64,000 nucleotides of DNA from positions 14,172,644 to 14,236,643 of the forward strand of contig CM120643.1 in NCBI GenBank assembly GCA_051362555.1. Reading direction: 5' to 3'. A model generated the notes under the pieces. It worked only from the letters and a program-made list of their open reading frames with translations. It made no database searches and was not told the origin of the DNA. Each line of letters opens with the position of its first letter. Positions within the stretch are counted from its first letter, which is position 1. Positions 13,541-25,958 of this stretch are shown here, in pieces. A program made the position numbers and the translations under genes. The stretch is from Lingula anatina (lineage: Eukaryota > Animalia > Brachiopoda).

Positions 13541-15205
13541 CAGCATTGGTCAAAAAGGTTGTCCCACCCCCATTTCCATGTACTTTTATTTACAAATGAT
13601 CACCCCACAGCTGTGAACTGTTAGAAATAGTGCTTTTTATCACGGATACCGTGTCTAACATGATTAATGGTTAAAAAAATACAAAATAGTGGTGAAAATA
13701 TACATATTTTATACCATTTAGTAAAATTTATAAGAGGTACCCCCTCAAATCGACTGTTTCACTGTTACTTCTACAGATGTAAAGAAATGTCTATAAAATT
13801 GAAAAGGTGCCATCAAATGTCACCAAATTCACACACAATTAGCATTAGGGTGTGCTCGTTAAAGATCACGTGCCTAACAGCGTGTGCGTCTACCGCGTAC
13901 TGCAATTATCTCCTGTAGACGGCGCGACAAGCCTTCAACATGGGTAACAATTCTGTTATGTGGGATATTGTCCCATTCATCCTAAAGAGCGTGGCGGAAT
14001 TGGTCAAGATTATTTAGGAATTGGTTCTCCTCTGCAATGCACATTCCAATTTATGCCACAGGTGCTCAATAGGATTAATATCAGGACTCAAAGACGGTTG
14101 TCCCATCCTCAGAGCCCTGTGTTTCTGCAACAAATCGTTTGCCAGACGAGAGCTGTGAGCAAGTGCGTCGTCACAATGAAGCCAGTAGTATCCGTGAAGT
14201 CACCTCTTGCAAATGGAGTGAGATTTCTGTTGAGAATGTTACATCAAAATGCCCCTGTTACGTTTTGTTCCAAAAGGAACAATGTACTAATACCATGGGC
14301 TTGGAATGTTCTCCAAATGCGGATTGATCTAACACCTCAGGCGATATTATCCTGCACACACCCTTCCAAGAGGCATTTTTTAACATGTCTATGGACCCTC
14401 TTTGACCATCGTTGGGATACAAGAAATAATTTGATTCTGCATCAAAATTAACTTCCTTCCAGTGATGGATGGCCAGGTTCAGGTGCCTGTGGGATCACTG
14501 AACGTAGCATTCTCAGCTGATATCTCATTCCATCTTCAAGAACTGACTTTGGGGTTAACTTCAGGCTTTATCATGACTGCACACTTGCTCACACCTCTCG
14601 CCTGGCAACTGTTTGTTGAAGAAACATAATGGTCTAAGGTTGGAACCACCATCTTTGAGCCCTGATATCAAACTTACTAATCAACTGTGACATGTATTGG
14701 AGTGTGCAATGCAAAGGAGAACCAACCCCATAAAAACGTGGACCAACTCCCCCAACTTGTTTAAGAAGAATGGGACAATATCCCACAAAACAGAATTGTA
14801 ACCCGTGTTGAAGGCTTGTCGCGCCGTCTACAGGAGATAATTGCAGTACGCGGTAGACGCACACGCTGTTAGGCACGTGATCTTTAATGAGCACACCCTA
14901 ATGCTAATTGTGTGTGAATTTGGTGACATTTGATGGCGTCTTTTTAATTTTATAGTCATTTCTTTACATCTTTAGAAGTCACAGTGAAACAGTCGATTTG
15001 AGGGGGTACCTCTTATAAATTTTACTAAATGGTATAAAATATGTATATTTTCACCACTATTTTGTATTTTTTTAACCATTAATCATGTTAGACACGGTAT
15101 ACGTAATAAAAAACACTATTTCTAACAATTATCAGCTGTTAGGTGATCATTTGTAAAAAGAAGTACATGGAAATGGGGGTGGGACAACCTTTTTGACCAA
15201 TGCTG
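13541..15205. mobile_element. Tc1/mariner-derived long inverted-repeat element with transposase remnants
   Basis: CAGCATTGGTCAAAAAGG...CCTTTTTGACCAATGCTG termini flanked by TA; ~440 bp near-identical inverted arms; minus strand at ~14050-14170 reads DDALAHS...SPDINPIEHLWHKL (Tc1 SPDLNPIE-LW motif). Confidence 0.9.
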
Positions 15206-15676
15206 TATGTCCAAGTTTTCAATAAGCGTACCAAAGATATGTATTATCATACTTGGTATATTGGCATAATAAGTGAAAATAAACTTTTCACTGATGAAAA
15301 AATATTTTAAGATACAAGAATGTAATCTGCTTTGACACAGTTTATGCCAAAGAAAAATGTGCAGCAAGCACTGGTGTTCGGGTCAGTTCCATAAATAAAG
15401 AGAGTGGCACACAAGCCATAGCCTCATAAATGATAATTGCCGTTTGTTATCTCGAGCAGAGAGTTTGTGATTGCGAACGCCGGATAAACGAACTTCGGAA
15501 GCTGAAAGATTATGTACTCTATGTAAATTAAGAGAGATGGAAAATGAAATCAATAAGTACACGTCACATAATTAAATGAATGAATACGCATAATAAAATA
15601 GTTTAAAACATAACCAAGTTAGAACGGTTCAAATTAGTACGAGTTTGTGTGATTTTTATTTCGAGCGATTGGTAGT

Positions 15677-16291
15677 CACCCTGAGCTTCAGAGATAACTT
15701 GACACTAACCTCTTCACTATAGCCTATCTTCATCGTGTCAAGTTACCTCTGACCACATTCGATTGCCCACACCGCCCGCCAATCAAATTTAAAGCCCGCC
15801 CTCAATGACTTATTGAACGATCTAGCCAATGAACGCGAACGAGTCAAAACGCGCTTTGTTCAAATCCGGACCAATCAAAGATAAGGCTGAATATCAGGGG
15901 CTTGCCATAACCTGTACATCATCCCTCAGTAGATAATGATGCAAGGCCTCAAACTGCTCTGGTTTCAATTCCGATATACTCGTATTTTGCAAAGAATCAA
16001 GAGAGAACTAAACACATTCTTTTACGTAGTCACTCGTAGGAGATGCCATGCCTTCTTTCGTGTACGGTTATGCGGACGCAACGAAATACAATTTTCTCAT
16101 TGGACATAATTCTGGACTTTAAACCAATCAGCGTTTTCACCAATTGCAAACTTTGGTGAAACATTTTGAAACATGGATTCGATTGGCTTATATAAACTAG
16201 GTCAAACTATTTTCGTCAGAGGTAACTTGACACGATGAAGATAGGCTATAGTGAAGAGGTTAGTGTCAAGTTATCTCTGAAGCTCAGGGTG
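15677..16291. mobile_element. Non-autonomous TIR element with 8-bp TSD (hAT- or P-like)
   Basis: Perfect ~77-bp TIRs (CACCCTGAGCTTCAGAG...), TSD TTGGTAGT at 15669-15676 and 16292-16299. Confidence 0.9.
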
Positions 16292-16440
16292 TTGGTAGTC
16301 AATCAAAGGTGAAAACATATTTCACGGAACGCAAATTGAAAATAAAGGCATCACATAAGAACATTCGCAAGCAAGTCTATTTTTTGTTGCACATAGGTGT
16401 TTTAATCTAAAAAATGAATAGAAAGAATATTATTATATTG

Positions 16441-16568
16441 GTTGGTTATTGACATCTGAGGTGTCTGAACACAGTAGCTGGCGGTGATATTACTTGGCTT
16501 CTTTATTTTTCACATAAGGGCTACAGGTCTGGCACGCAGGCAGGGAAAGTGTCGGACGATCTTCCGGG

Positions 16569-16600
<32 letters not shown>
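16441..16600 (-). mobile_element. Diverged LTR-family fragment (R/U5-like part)
   Basis: Reverse complement reads GAGTACCCCGGAAGATCGTC...CCCTGCCTGCGTGCCAGACCTGTAGCCC...AATAAA...TAACCAACC, matching the LTR-like units at 9035-9180 and 37730-37870. Confidence 0.7.
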
Positions 16601-16602
<2 letters not shown>

Positions 16603-16859
16603 GTCAGCTATCTTACAGCCACCAGTAGGGTCGATCCACCGTCTCCTCCAGAGCCGAGAGAAATAGATTTTATTGGAGATCATACTGATTCTTGCCTGCC
16701 CCAAATCTATCAGGCGTGTCTGATATGTACTCTGTACCAAGTTGGCAGATATTATTGGCACATTTTCCACATTTCCAGACGACCAAACGACCGTCTATTT
16801 ATTCAAAGACATATCTGTGAATATCTTGTGAAATATCAATCTGTAGCCCTGGTAGAGGA

Positions 16860-17880
16860 TAAGAAAGTCTAATTTTACTGATTAATTTTTTTTATATTGA
16901 GCTAGAATTGGCTTCGCAAGGTAAGATTGCATAGTAACACGATCAATGAGGTGTCTATATAGCCACCATTTCCGAGATCCGTTTATGTCAGAAAATATAG
17001 CTTGCTGTTGGATATCCATTAATTTTTGTTTAACTTGAGAGATCATAAACTTTTCATTGTAACTTGGATAAAACCAAAATTCACGGAAACCTGTTTCTAT
17101 AAAAATGTCATGCACCTTAGAAAGCCAGTTACCACATGGTGTATTATTCATACATTTACTGTATCTCCATTCATAAGATATAGGTTAAACATTCTTGTAA
17201 GATGCAGTTATTTGTTTTCCTCAATTTCAACCAATATTTTATTATTCTTGTTTTCCTAGAACAAAGGAAACCTTCCCAATTCAGCATAGATCATTGCATC
17301 TGAAGTTGAACGCTTACCCCCTAAAATAAATTTCCCAAAGTCCAAGTAAACTTTTTCGAGGTCTGGTGCACGATGGTGCCCACAGACTTCACATCCATAG
17401 TAAGCAATGCTAGATATATATAAGTATCAAATAATGAAAGAGCAGTGCTGGCTCATATCAGTGCACTTTCTTTACAGACTAAACATCGCTTTACGACACT
17501 GCAAGGCTAATTGTTTTGGGGTTTTGAAGAATTTGTCATTAAAATTCAGAATAATACCCAAATAGCAAAATTCATAGACAATTTCAAATTGTTGACCCTT
17601 ATACATGTATGACCAAACGTCGTCTACTTTTAAACAACCACCATTCCTAAACACCAATATCTCTGTTTTTTACATTTACAGTCAAAGACCATTTATCAGC
17701 ATACAGTACATTGCTAATGAGTCCAACATGTTTTGTAATCCTATTGCAGAATCAGCAAACAAAACTAAATCATCCACATACATGAGTAAAAAAAGTGACA
17801 AGTCTTTCATCTCATCTGGTTGCATACCATTTTTTAAAAATTCTAATTCACAGTCATTAACATAAAGTGAAAAAAGTATA
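16860..17880 (-). mobile_element. Decayed LINE (L2/CR1 group) reverse transcriptase fragment
   Basis: Minus strand reads ILFSLYVND...LLMYVDDLVLFADS (YxDD at 17769-17780), then YLGIIL and YGCEV motifs, with stops and frameshifts. Confidence 0.9.
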
Positions 17881-18639
17881 ATGAAGTGAGATAGTCAACT
17901 CTCATGTGTTTGTGTTATTATACGCGGACACCGCCCAAATGGTGGTTTAACTCTAAAATATATATATATTTTTTGTCCTACTTACACACAAGATTAATAA
18001 AACTAAGTTCTGGGATAATGTTTTTTTTACTATAGTTGCCCTAAACATGAATATATTCTCCGGTTACATAACACTCAGACCTGGTTAGAACCAAATTAGC
18101 GTAGGCATGGTGCCTGCGTTATGTAAGTCAAAGAAAATTGCTGTTCACCTCATGAAAATTCTTTTCTTTTTGGTCAAAATGAACAGTTGCTTTGAATTTT
18201 ATAAAACTTAGTTCTGGGATAATATTTTTTTTACTATAGTTGCCCTAAACATGAATATATTCTCCGGTTACATAACCGTACCATGTTATAATATCAAACA
18301 ATACAGAAAGGTGCCTTGCATTTTCAAAACTCCATCCACACTTATACGTACGGATCTTGAATACATATATTTACAAGGTTACAGAAAGACGGGATCCCAC
18401 CATCCAATATTTCTCACACATACCAAAAGCATCGACAAGATACATATAATATATTGGCATGGGGCTCAAGTTGTGGATATTTTCTCTTATTAAGGAGATA
18501 AGGGAAGGCAATATCAGGAACGCGGTTCATTCAAGCGAGACGGGGTATCCTACGAATCTGCCTACAAGTCATATCATACAACATTATTTACCTGCTGATA
18601 AACAGGTAGCAAGGATTAAGTCTGAAATTCAGAATTATA

Positions 18640-21544
18640 TTAATAGTACAAATCCAGAAAATTCTGGACCACGGCTGTCAAAGCTGCCACGTAGGTGGCA
18701 CGTTCAGATGTACGCAAGGCATACGGTGATTCAATCTGTATGGCATCAATGGCGCCACCATTACGCGAACCATACGTCTTCACCGTGTAGCCCCCACTGA
18801 AGTAGTTCCCTGATCCGGGTGACGTGTTTCCCGGGGATGGAACAACCTTGTACCCATGATTACTCAGTAAACCGCCGAAACTGTTGTTACCACGTAGAAG
18901 GGCCTCAAAACCCACGTTTGTACTGTGACTGTTGTACAAGGAGCGAATGGAAGAGAGGGTGGGTTCGAGATTGTTTTCATTGAGTCGGTTTTTGCTCATC
19001 AAGTAACCCAGTTCAATCCACTTCTCAGGGTGGCTTTGCCCGTGAATGTCAAAGAGAAGCCCCGCACCGGTGATGTTGGCACGTGCGTCAGTGATGAATT
19101 GGTGGTATTCGTTAAATGCTGTCAAGGCAGCTGCAACGTTGAATGTTGCCTCCCCAATTTCTCGATTGGGGTCCAATTTTACTGAAAAAAGGGCCCATTG
19201 CTCTTATAAAGTGGGGGGTTTATTCATATTTGCAATGAGTGAATGCATGAATAAACATATCACATATTTCCATTAATTAAAAAACCTTATGACAAATTTT
19301 AAAAAAATGCTTACAGATCATATATAATACAAAAGATCTATCAAATATCATATATCAAATATAAAAAACAATTTTGCAAGCAATTAACAATTTAGGTTCA
19401 CTATGTCATCATATTGGCAACCAAATTAAAAAATATAATATAATATAATATAATATAATATAATATAATAATAGTATTTAGTATTTTGGATACGGTATCG
19501 TTGTTGGGAAATTTGAAATTTGAGTCAAGTATAGAACATTGTGAACCGCCATGGTAACGTTGTATGGGAGGCAATGAAATACAAAAAGTGCATAAAAATC
19601 CGCACTACAATGGTTGAAGCATACCTCTACTTAGATGATTAACGATCAAATGTGGGCGCTTTCCCGTCTGAGTCTCCAAGGCTGCAGTGAGTTCTGTAGC
19701 CAGTTCCTTTGTTTTGGTGTCTCTCGCCGTCTTGGCGGAACACTGGGAGCTAGTCGAACCACAGGTATGGGTCCAGATGCACGTTGACCCTGACAAACAC
19801 CCTTTCGTTCTGTCGGGAATGCTGCTGGGTTTGAGATAGCCCCCATGTGCGGCTGTGATAATGACCAAGGAATCCGGCGTACCTGGAAATTAAAAAATAT
19901 TATGACATGATCCTGAAGCTGTGCCATTCTGCAGTAATATCGATTGATAAAAATATCAAATTTGGATAAGTCGGCTCTCTCAAATTCTATTCATTTATAC
20001 ATGTAACTCCCTAAACAAAATGTAATTAAACAATTTCCTCAGGATTAGAACAACAACAACAATTCTAATAACAAATGGTAAAAACGTCTATGCAACATGA
20101 AAAACTATATGAATCGACAAAACCCAACTAATTAAAGAACACGTCTTCTTGATAACCATCTTAGTTGTTAAAACGCGCCTTTCATTTTGTTTAATTGACC
20201 ACAGAGAGGAAATTCTAGAAGTATCAACATATTTCTAATTCCTTGGTTTAGTGGTAACATGTTTGTTTGTATAAACACATGGATAACTGGAAATTACTGT
20301 AATTTCCCTTTCGAAATTACACACTTTAAGGGGGTTGCCTTATCTTAGTCCCGCCCCTTGGTCGCAGCTCGGCGTAAACAAAGTTCAACAAACGATTGAA
20401 ATGAATGAATGAGGGATGAAAAGAAGAGGTTATAATGTAAATAAAATTTACCCAATAACTTAAAAACGAGCTTAAAAAATTATTCATTTAGGGCTGGTGA
20501 TTCGACCCCCTCTCATATCTTTTCTACTCCATTCATAGTAAGGTGTTATTGCCAATGTAGTTTGAGTACTTCTTTGGTCTTTCTAGGAATTGCGGGACAG
20601 TAACATTTTGACCCTAAAATTACTGAACGGTTCATCTTTAAGAGACTCAAGGTCTATCTTTAAGAGACTCAAGGTCTTTCTTTGAGAAGCTCATCGATCG
20701 GTTAAACTTTATTGACGACGAAAATTGACCCAGTTCATACATAGTGCAACTTGTCATTTACAATGCATAAATAAATAAATGAATAAGTAAGTAAATAAGT
20801 AACTGATATTTTAATTGGCATTGTTGCCACTTCACCGATGTATCTGGTTAAGTTTTCCTTCTTGGTTTACTCGCTCTATTTGTCTAACGCCAGATGTGCA
20901 GCCAAACCTGTGTTTTGAAGGGTAGCTACGACAAAATGTCCTGCCCTTCTCATACATTTTATTTGTGTTAAGGTAAGATTGCAGGTTGGATATTATATTT
21001 TAAATTAAAATCTTTAGCTTTTTTTATTCCTGTTGCATTCATTTTATGTATCTTCAAAACATCTAATTATGCTTGAAACACAGCTCCGATTCCATCGTGT
21101 GACGTAATATTGGAATTTTTGGGCGAAAACATCATTTTCGGTTTCTTGATTTTCTCAGGCACCTGTACAGCTATTGACATGCTTTTAATGGTACATGTAT
21201 TATAGCACTTGAACAAAGCACTACAAATGGGGTTCGGGGATTTTTTTACTGTTGATTTAATCTATAAATAAGTGATTTTTAGCCATATTCGAATACAGTC
21301 CCACCTTAAATAAAAATATGTTTTCAAATACCATGCAAGTTGAGAAAAGGTTATTTTGAAATGCTACATACTTTGATATACACTGTAAAAATGAAACGTA
21401 ATAAGAGGAGCTGATATTTAGAAATAAATAACTACCTGGGAAATACTCTACGTAGCCATTGGTTCCACTGATTCCTGACCCCTTTGCACAATTCCCCGCT
21501 AAAACGGCGATCAACGGCCACACGTAGACGTGAAAAAGGTGCAT
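18640..21544 (-). CDS. Secreted N-formylglutamate amidohydrolase-fold (Zn-dependent hydrolase) protein, copy A (302 aa; exons 21544-21436, 19882-19625, 19181-18640)
   Basis: Hydrophobic signal-like N-terminus; motifs IITAAHGG, DTKT, KLDPNR, LFDIHGQ, YFSGGYT, AIQIE; two phase-1 GT-AG introns give a continuous frame (109+258+542 nt). Confidence 0.85.
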
Positions 21545-21730
21545 CTTCGCTTTATCAACAATGAGAGTCCTTTTGTGGGAAGTGTTAATCCGTGAAATGG
21601 CAATCCCATCTTATGGTGTTCTATTTATCTAAGTAAACTCTTCTTGATGACGTCATCGTAACCGTCATGAATATTAATGTCCGGCTTCCACAACCGGTAT
21701 GTTAAAGGGAAGCAGGTCGTAACATTCTGC

Positions 21731-22265
21731 ACGGTTCTGTTATAAAGGAAAAACTTAAAACGTATATATAAATGAAGAGAAACGTGCTTTACATATTTTT
21801 CATAGAAGTCATCCGAGCCTAGAACGAAGCCGGCGGCACTGTCTGGCACCATGCAAAACACGCTACAGGGTTCTGGCATAAAGGTAAATCTTAAACCGTA
21901 TATTTAAATGAAGAGAAACATGCGTGTTTTAAATAATTTTCAATAGAAATCACCCGAGCCTTGAACAAGGCCGGCGGCACTGTCTGGTACCATACAAAAC
22001 ATACTACACGGTTTTGTTATAAAGGTAAAACTTTGACCGTTTAAATAAATGAAGAGAAACGTGTTTTACATATTTTTTCATAGAAACCACCTGAGCCTAA
22101 AACAAGGCCGGCGGCGCTGTCTGGTACCATACAGAACATGCTTCACGGTTCTGCTATAGAAGAAAAACTAACCGTATATATAAATGAAGAGAAACGTGCT
22201 TTACATATTTTTAAAATAGAAATCACCCAAACTTAAAACAACCGGCGTCACTGCCTGGTACCATA
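21731..22265. repeat. Minisatellite, ~138-bp unit x ~4
   Basis: Units start at ~21731, 21867, 22007 and 22145; each contains TAAATGAAGAGAAAC and GCCGGCGGCACTGTCTGG-like blocks. Confidence 0.9.
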
Positions 22266-23399
22266 TCTGACTAGAAACAAACGTAAGAATTTGCTTGAGG
22301 GCTTACCTTTTATACTTGCAGCTTTTAGAGAAAATTGTACATGTTTGGGATATCGTCTTTAAAAAAAGCAAAATGAATGTAACATACAAAACTTAGTGTA
22401 GGTTCTGTTGTGCAAAAGCGTGTAATTTTACGAAACTACAATAAAACAACTAATGTAGACTAATATCTGGTGCAGCTTGGAGTAAACAAAAGTTCCACCA
22501 CTACTTTTTTTCTTGTAAAGGAAATTACAGGAAATTAAAGATGTTTCTTTATTACCACTTTGAAAACCTTCAAAATTCTTCTATCATTTTATCTCATAAC
22601 GGAAATCAATGCTGATGTCATACGATGATAAAACATTGCCTTTTGAATATTTTTAATCTCATCTCATCTCATCTCATCTATTCTGTTCTGTTCTACTTAC
22701 ATGTATTTCATTGTAAATAACATTCCTCTCTTTTGATAATGTTTCAATCTGCTTAGAATCCAGAATTTTAACAGATGTCCCGTCGATTCTATGGCTAGTG
22801 GTGAGGGGATGGTGAGGAATCCGATTTCTGGACAGCAGCAATAGGACGTTATCTCAACACCAGCCTAAGGGGGGGGGGAGGGGGGGGGGGGCTGTACTCA
22901 AATAGGGCTAAAATCATGTTTTATATACAGACTTGACATTTAATATGGAATATTTGAGTTTTAAAGGTATACCTAGGTAAAAATGCGTTTTTTTCTCAAA
23001 AAACTCAGATCTCACATAAGATATCTGACTGGAGAGGTATGAAGGCAGGTGTGTCCTACCAATTAACTGACTACCAAGTCTGTTGCACTGCTGCATTGTG
23101 TAATATGCAGTCATTTAATTGACTGGTGCTCCTTTTGGTTTGATGAAGCATGGTTCTGACAAAAAAGAATCCATATGTCGGCAATTACTGTATCGAAGAA
23201 TTTGAAATATTGCTTGCAAACGGACTGTATTGAAGTGCGTGAAATGAGTTAAGCAGCGATTTATAAAATTATTAATCTGTGCCAGAATGGCGCGAAAAAG
23301 ACAGACATTGCCAGACAAATTATTGTGTCAAACGGAATGGTCTGCACAGTTTTATAGAGTTATGCCCAGACTGATGCACCTACACAGAGGCCACGCCCA

Positions 23400-23880
23400 A
23401 TGTATTGACATCTTACCACCAGGGTACAGGACTCCCTGTCCTTCAGGATATGTTGCTGCAATTAAACCAAAACAACCCAGTTCCACTAATGGAAGTCATC
23501 GATGAAAACCTGAACAAGATGAAATAAAGGAATACTCTGGGAACCACTTGACCATTATTTGATAGGCGGCACCTGAGGAACAATTTTAGGTTGCACTTTG
23601 AGGTTGCTGGTTCACACAGAGCACTTTTAACAGCAGATAACTTACAGAACCAAGGGAATGAGCAGCTACTTTGGTCATCAAAATCGCCATATTTGAACCA
23701 CATAGACAATATGTGGGTAGGTCATTACTCACCGTATGAACGGCCTGCATGTCCTACAACGAAACGAAACCAAGTTTTAGCCGTTGCGTGGGATTTTATT
23801 CCAGATTTAACTCTAAAAACCCATCCTAAGGAATGCCTTGCCGCTTGAAAGCTCTGGTAGCAGCAAGATGAGGTCAGGCG
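23400..23880 (+). mobile_element. Degenerate Tc1-like transposase C-terminal remnant
   Basis: ORF 23591-23848 contains WSSKSPYLNHIDNMW (cf. WPxxSPDLNPIENxW); boundaries approximate. Confidence 0.6.
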
Positions 23881-24505
23881 TAACAGCGACCATTGCTGTG
23901 ACAAGACACTGACATGAGGGGCCTTTGTGGGCGTGTAACTCTTTTAAAGACGATAATTTGGAAAATATGGAGATCCAAATTATCGCTTTCAATGGTTGTC
24001 GAATGACCTAAAATAGGCAATGTATTTTTGTTTGCTTCACTGGCGAATTCAATTTATGAACTGATGTCACAATGACGTCGAACAGATTATCAAAAGTTTT
24101 TAAAACACGATTTTAATCCTTATTTTCATTTATCAGTCAGCAAAATAGGGAAAAAACTGATTAATTATGATTTGGAGAAAATATTCCATATTAAATGTCA
24201 AGTCTGTATAAAATCAACAGTTAGTCTTTAAAGAAAAATCCCTGACCCCCTTTGTTAGTACTTTGTTCAAGTGTTATTATACCATTAAAGGCATATTTAT
24301 AGCCGTCCAGGTTCCTGAGAAAATCAGGAAACCGAAAAATTAAGTTTTTTGCCCCCAAAATCCGAAAACTACGCCAAACGATGAACTTGGAGCTGTGTTT
24401 CAAGCACGAGTAGATGTTTTGAAGATACATTAAATGAATGCAATTTAAAACTTCCCACTGTTGTAACTGATGTAGCTTCCATTCCTGCTTGTTTGCAATT
24501 ATTAC

Positions 24506-24614
24506 CTGGGAAATATTCCACGTAGCCATTGGTTCCACTGATTCCTGACCCCTTTGCACTATTTCCCGCTAAAATACCGAGCAACGGCCATACGTAGACG
24601 TGAAAAAGGTGCGT
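24506..24614 (-). pseudogene. Orphan copy of hydrolase exon 1 (start codon mutated to ACG)
   Basis: 109-nt exon nearly identical to exon 1 of copies A and B, intact CCAG|GTAAT donor, ACG in place of ATG; adjacent 24220-24370 resembles copy A intron 1 (21110-21245); no exons 2-3 of its own. Confidence 0.8.
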
Positions 24615-25958
24615 CTTCTCTTTATCAACAACGAGAGTCCCTTTGTTGGAACTGTTAACCCGTTTAAAGTCGAAATCAATTAGATGACTCTCTTACGATG
24701 TTCTATATACTGTATATTAGTAAATTCTTCTTGACGTCATTGTTACTGTCATGAATATTTATGACCCGATGCAACACCCGTATGTCAATCAAAAATAGGT
24801 TACAACAAATTATATTGTATTGTAACATAGCCAGAACTTCATAGTAGGCTATGAGCCAGACCCCGGATTTTTTTAGCCCCCCGGCACCAAAAAAATGGAG
24901 GAATTTTCATAGTGGTTATTAGTGAGGCCGTTGTCTCCAATATTCAAATATGTGGGATAACCTTCTCAATCATGTAGTTTTTTATCTTCCATTACACCTT
25001 ATATAGCCCCACCCCACCTGGAGCAAATGCTTTTTTCAAATGGTGGTACGGGAGAGGAAATGTTTACGATACCAATATGGTAAAAGATATATCAATGAAT
25101 TATATATCATTACGGAGGCAAGGGATAGGACAATCAATATCATCAGTCAACGTGTGAGTCTAGGGTCATTGCTAATGGGTCAAATGTAAAAAGAGGTCAA
25201 TGTTAATGGATTTTTGTCATAAAGTAAAACCAAAAGTTCTTTTAAAATTGTTTGAGTAATAAATTGGTATCACTCAAACATTTTATTACTCAAACAATAA
25301 AGTGCTCGTCAATTCAGTGAACACAATGAATTGTTTTCCATTTAAGCAATATGAAGAAATTGCTTAAACATTTATTTTAAAAACTGGCAATGCATATAAT
25401 GTAAGTCACTGTCTAGGAAAAAAAAGTTGACCAGAAAAAGTATATATTATTTTACCGAAGACTTTTAAAAACATCTGGGTCGGCTTTCACAAAACGGGGA
25501 AAGAAAAATGAAATGAATAAATACATGTAATTAAATGAAATAAATGAATATTTAAATGAATCAAAAATAAATAAAACAAAATCAAGTTATGACAGCACAA
25601 ATTAGTAGAATAAATACACATAAAATACAACAAAATGATATAGTTAAAACACATCAAAGTTATGGCGGCTCATTTAAGTACGAATTATGTCCCGTAAGAC
25701 GTGTACTTTTAATTTCGAACGATTGCAAGGTCAGTCAAAGGACAAATAATATTTCACTTCATCACAAACAAGTCTGCGTTTTATGGTATACAGTTTAAGT
25801 GTTTTAATTCAGAAAAGAAGAACAACAAATAACATTAAACAATACAAAATAATGCCTTCCATTCGTTATGTCAAAATGATTTCATGAGTCCATTCGCAAT
25901 CCATACAACTTTATTACCTGTTGATATAACACGATTAAGTCTGAAACACAGAATTATA

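Noticed and set aside
13960-14451. 163-aa plus-strand ORF
   Set aside because: Antisense to the Tc1 transposase remnant; no independent coding signal.
21731-22265. Possible CRISPR-like array
   Set aside because: Whole ~138-bp units are homologous with no unique spacers; eukaryotic context; no cas genes.
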